In this document: positions 61,748-64,000 of the stretch, piece by piece | Layout of the letters: each line of letters opens with the position of its first letter | How positions within the stretch are numbered: the first letter of the stretch is position 1 | Assembly: GCA_965261645.1 (NCBI GenBank) | Contig: CBDHDJ010000004.1 | Span: 1,903,661 to 1,967,660 of the forward strand | DNA from: Alphaproteobacteria bacterium | Lineage (GTDB): Bacteria > Pseudomonadota > Alphaproteobacteria > SHVV01 | Direction: 5' to 3' | Length of the DNA stretch: 64,000 bases | Translations under genes and position numbers: made by a program | Notes under the pieces: generated by a model | What the model was told of the DNA's origin: nothing | Database searches by the model: none | Seen by the model: the letters and a program-made list of their open reading frames with translations, nothing else

Positions 61748-62338
61748 TCAGAAAATGCCCTCGAGGATCGCCCGTTTGCGGCGTTTGATCACCGGCGTCT
61801 CGCCGGTGGTAGGCGGCAGGCCTGTGGCGGCGTTTTCCTGCAGCCGCCGCGCCTCGGCCTCGGCGTCCACGACCTGGCCGGGCGGCTGCGTCTTTTGCCA
61901 GAAGATGAGCCGGTTGGTAAACGACTTGTCCTTCTCTTCGAGCAAAGTGGTTTCGCGCAGCACGATTTCGCGAATTGACGAATCAGCGTTCGATGCACCC
62001 GCCATCCGCAGGATGGCAAGCTCGCCCGACGAGCGGTCGGCGTGGTTGATCGCCGTGTTATTGACTTGCTGGTTGGCGAGCAAGGCGGCCTGCGCGATAT
62101 CGGTGGGCTGGGGCTCGCCCGTGGCCGTCGTCCCGGTCAGCGGCGGGCGCAGATTGAAATTGGGCGGAATCACGAGCGGTGGTTTGCTGACCACGGTGAA
62201 TTCGTCCGGCGGCTTCTTGGTGAGGCCGAGTTGATCGCGGACCCCACCGCAACCCACCAGGGCGGCCGCCACCACGAAGACGACGGCCATCTTCACGAGC
62301 ACTCTGTGGACGACAGCGAACGGCATGTGGCTCACCAC
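61748..62338 (-). CDS. DUF3035-like lipoprotein
   Basis: Lipobox ...AALVGCGG after an N-terminal hydrophobic segment. The real start is probably the internal MAVVF. Confidence 0.45.
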   Translation of the reverse strand: MVSHMPFAVVHRVLVKMAVVFVVAAALVGCGGVRDQLGLTKKPPDEFTVVSKPPLVIPPNFNLRPPLTGTTATGEPQPTDIAQAALLANQQVNNTAINHADRSSGELAILRMAGASNADSSIREIVLRETTLLEEKDKSFTNRLIFWQKTQPPGQVVDAEAEARRLQENAATGLPPTTGETPVIKRRKRAILEGIF

Positions 62339-62350
62339 ATCATGATGCTT

Positions 62351-62823
62351 CTATGTACTTCCTTCGCGGCGACCAAACAAGGCGTCGATTACGATCGCTG
62401 CCACGCCGAGAACGATCGCCGAGTCAGCTACATTGAACGCGGGCCAGTGATACCCTCCCCAGTGGAAATCCAGAAAGTCGACCACAGCGCCGTAGCTGAG
62501 GCGGTCGATTATATTGCCAACCGCGCCGCCAAGCACGAAGCCAATGCCCCCCGCCAACCACCGGCTCTCCACCCGTGCCAGCCACGCGAACAGGATGACC
62601 ACGATCACGGTGGCGAACAGGATCAATGCCCAGGGTGCCCATGCGGCGTCGGATTTGAGAAGGCCAAAGCTCACGCCGGTGTTCATGACCAAGACGACGT
62701 TGAAAAATGGTGCGAGCGCAACCCCCTCGCCGGGCTCGGCGAAGGCGGCAAGCACCCACCATTTGCTGAGCCGATCGACAACGAGGACGGCGACCGCGAT
62801 GATGACGCCGAGCCGAACCATCA
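62351..62823 (-). CDS. lspA: lipoprotein signal peptidase (signal peptidase II)
   Basis: Start MVRLGVIIAVAVLVVDRLSKWWV. Conserved NTGVSFG and FNVADSAI motifs. Confidence 0.8.
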
Positions 62824-64000
62824 GGCGGCGATGGCATCGACGGCATCGCTGCAGCGCTGGCAGATATCGCGCGCGCTCGCCCGTACCTCGGGCAAGACCC
62901 GCCAGCAGCGCTGGCATTTCTCGCCATCGGCTAGCTGGGGCTCGACCCCGACGCCCGGCACGTCCTCCAAGCTAAAGGCATGGCTCGGCGCCTCTCCCTG
63001 AACGAGCTCGACGCCTGAGGTGATGGCGATTTCGGCGAGATCGATGTCCTCCAGCACATCCACGTAATCCGCTGTCGCGTAAACCCGCGGCCAGGCCTGC
63101 AGGCTCGAGCCGATACGCTTCTCGCGCCGCTCGATCTCCAGCGCCCCGGTCACCACGCGGCGGAGTGCCCTCACCTTCTCCCATTTCGCCGCAAGCGCCG
63201 GATCGTGCCAGCCCGCGCTGCTTTGATTTGAAATCTCGGGGAAGGTGCGCAGGTGAACGCTGTCATCGGGTGACGGGAAACGACTCAGCCAGACCTCTTC
63301 CGCGGTAAAGCATAGGATGGGCGCAAGCCACGCGGTGAGGCAGGTAAACAGATCATCGAGCACCGTCCGGGCGGCGCGGCGGCGAAGCGAGGTGGCGCCG
63401 TCGCAATAGAGCGCATCCTTGCGCACGTCGAGATAGAACGACGACAGATCGACGGTGCAGAAGTTGTAGAGCGCCACGAACAGCGCGTGGAAATCAAAGT
63501 CATTGCAGCTTTGCCGTACCTGCTGATCGAGCTCGGAGAGCCGGTGCCGCACCCAGCGCTCGAGCTCGGGCAACTCGTCATGGGCCACGCGCGCGGTGGC
63601 ATCAAACTCGGTCAGGTTGCCAAGCACGAAACGCAGCGTGTTGCGCAGCCGGCGATAGGCATCGACCTGGTGCTGGATAATCTCGGGTCCGATGTGCAGG
63701 TCTTCTGAATAGTCCGAGCTCACGGCCCACAGCCGCAGGACATCCGCGCCGTGCTGTGAGATGACCTCCTGTGGCTGCACGATATTGCCGAGGGATTTGG
63801 ACATCTTGCGGCCTGCTCCATCGACCACGAAGCCGTGCGTGAGGACCTGCTCGTAGGGCGCCCGACCACGGGTGCCGCAGGATTCGAGGAGTGAGGAATG
63901 GAACCAGCCGCGGTGTTGATCGGAGCCCTCGACGTAGATCGTCGCCGGCCATGTGAGGTCGGGCCGAGCCTCCAGCACGAAGGCGTGAGTGGCGCCAGAT
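62821..64000 (-). CDS. ileS: isoleucine--tRNA ligase, C-terminal part (continues beyond window)
   Basis: C-terminal zinc-finger region (...KCQRCWRVLPEV...DICQRCSDAVD) and the anticodon-binding domain. The ORF is open to the window edge. Confidence 0.85.
   Translation of the reverse strand, partial: SGATHAFVLEARPDLTWPATIYVEGSDQHRGWFHSSLLESCGTRGRAPYEQVLTHGFVVDGAGRKMSKSLGNIVQPQEVISQHGADVLRLWAVSSDYSEDLHIGPEIIQHQVDAYRRLRNTLRFVLGNLTEFDATARVAHDELPELERWVRHRLSELDQQVRQSCNDFDFHALFVALYNFCTVDLSSFYLDVRKDALYCDGATSLRRRAARTVLDDLFTCLTAWLAPILCFTAEEVWLSRFPSPDDSVHLRTFPEISNQSSAGWHDPALAAKWEKVRALRRVVTGALEIERREKRIGSSLQAWPRVYATADYVDVLEDIDLAEIAITSGVELVQGEAPSHAFSLEDVPGVGVEPQLADGEKCQRCWRVLPEVRASARDICQRCSDAVDAIAA

Noticed and set aside
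62424-62927. Alternative ORF overlapping lspA in another frame
   Set aside because: Arg-rich, no homology. The lspA frame has the canonical signal peptidase II motifs.

Overview
High-GC (alphaproteobacterial-type) chromosomal segment. 0-6.3 kb: host genes argD, an ABC-2 permease, an MscS channel and a TPR/O-GlcNAc-transferase-like gene that carries an in-frame TGA. 6.26-8.69 kb: an IS630-family IS abutting an IS5-family IS. 8.7-38.25 kb: a degraded Mu/RcapMu-like transposable prophage in two divergently oriented blocks. The minus-strand block runs dam-like, GemA-like, Gp37/68, N6-MTase, Mor, lysis cassette, TerS, TerL, portal, F-like. The plus-strand block runs protease/scaffold I, decoration, major capsid, gp36/G-like, major tail, chaperone, tape measure, GTA-like distal tail genes, J-like host-specificity and tail fibre. 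Three IS3-family elements lie nested between the dam-like and GemA-like genes. No early region (repressor, transposase) is present. The right prophage end abuts a 5'-truncated inositol monophosphatase gene. Several phage genes carry in-frame TAG codons or single-base frameshifts. A 20-24 bp perfect palindrome occurs twice, upstream of the lysis and head operons. 38.25-64 kb: ordinary host genes (molybdopterin oxidoreductase, msbA-kdtA-lpxK lipid A cluster, M23 peptidase, xseA, purD, APH-like kinase plus acyl-CoA dehydrogenase, tadA, rsmD, mutL, pgi, two M16 peptidases, lspA, partial ileS). No tRNA, rRNA or CRISPR array was recognised.
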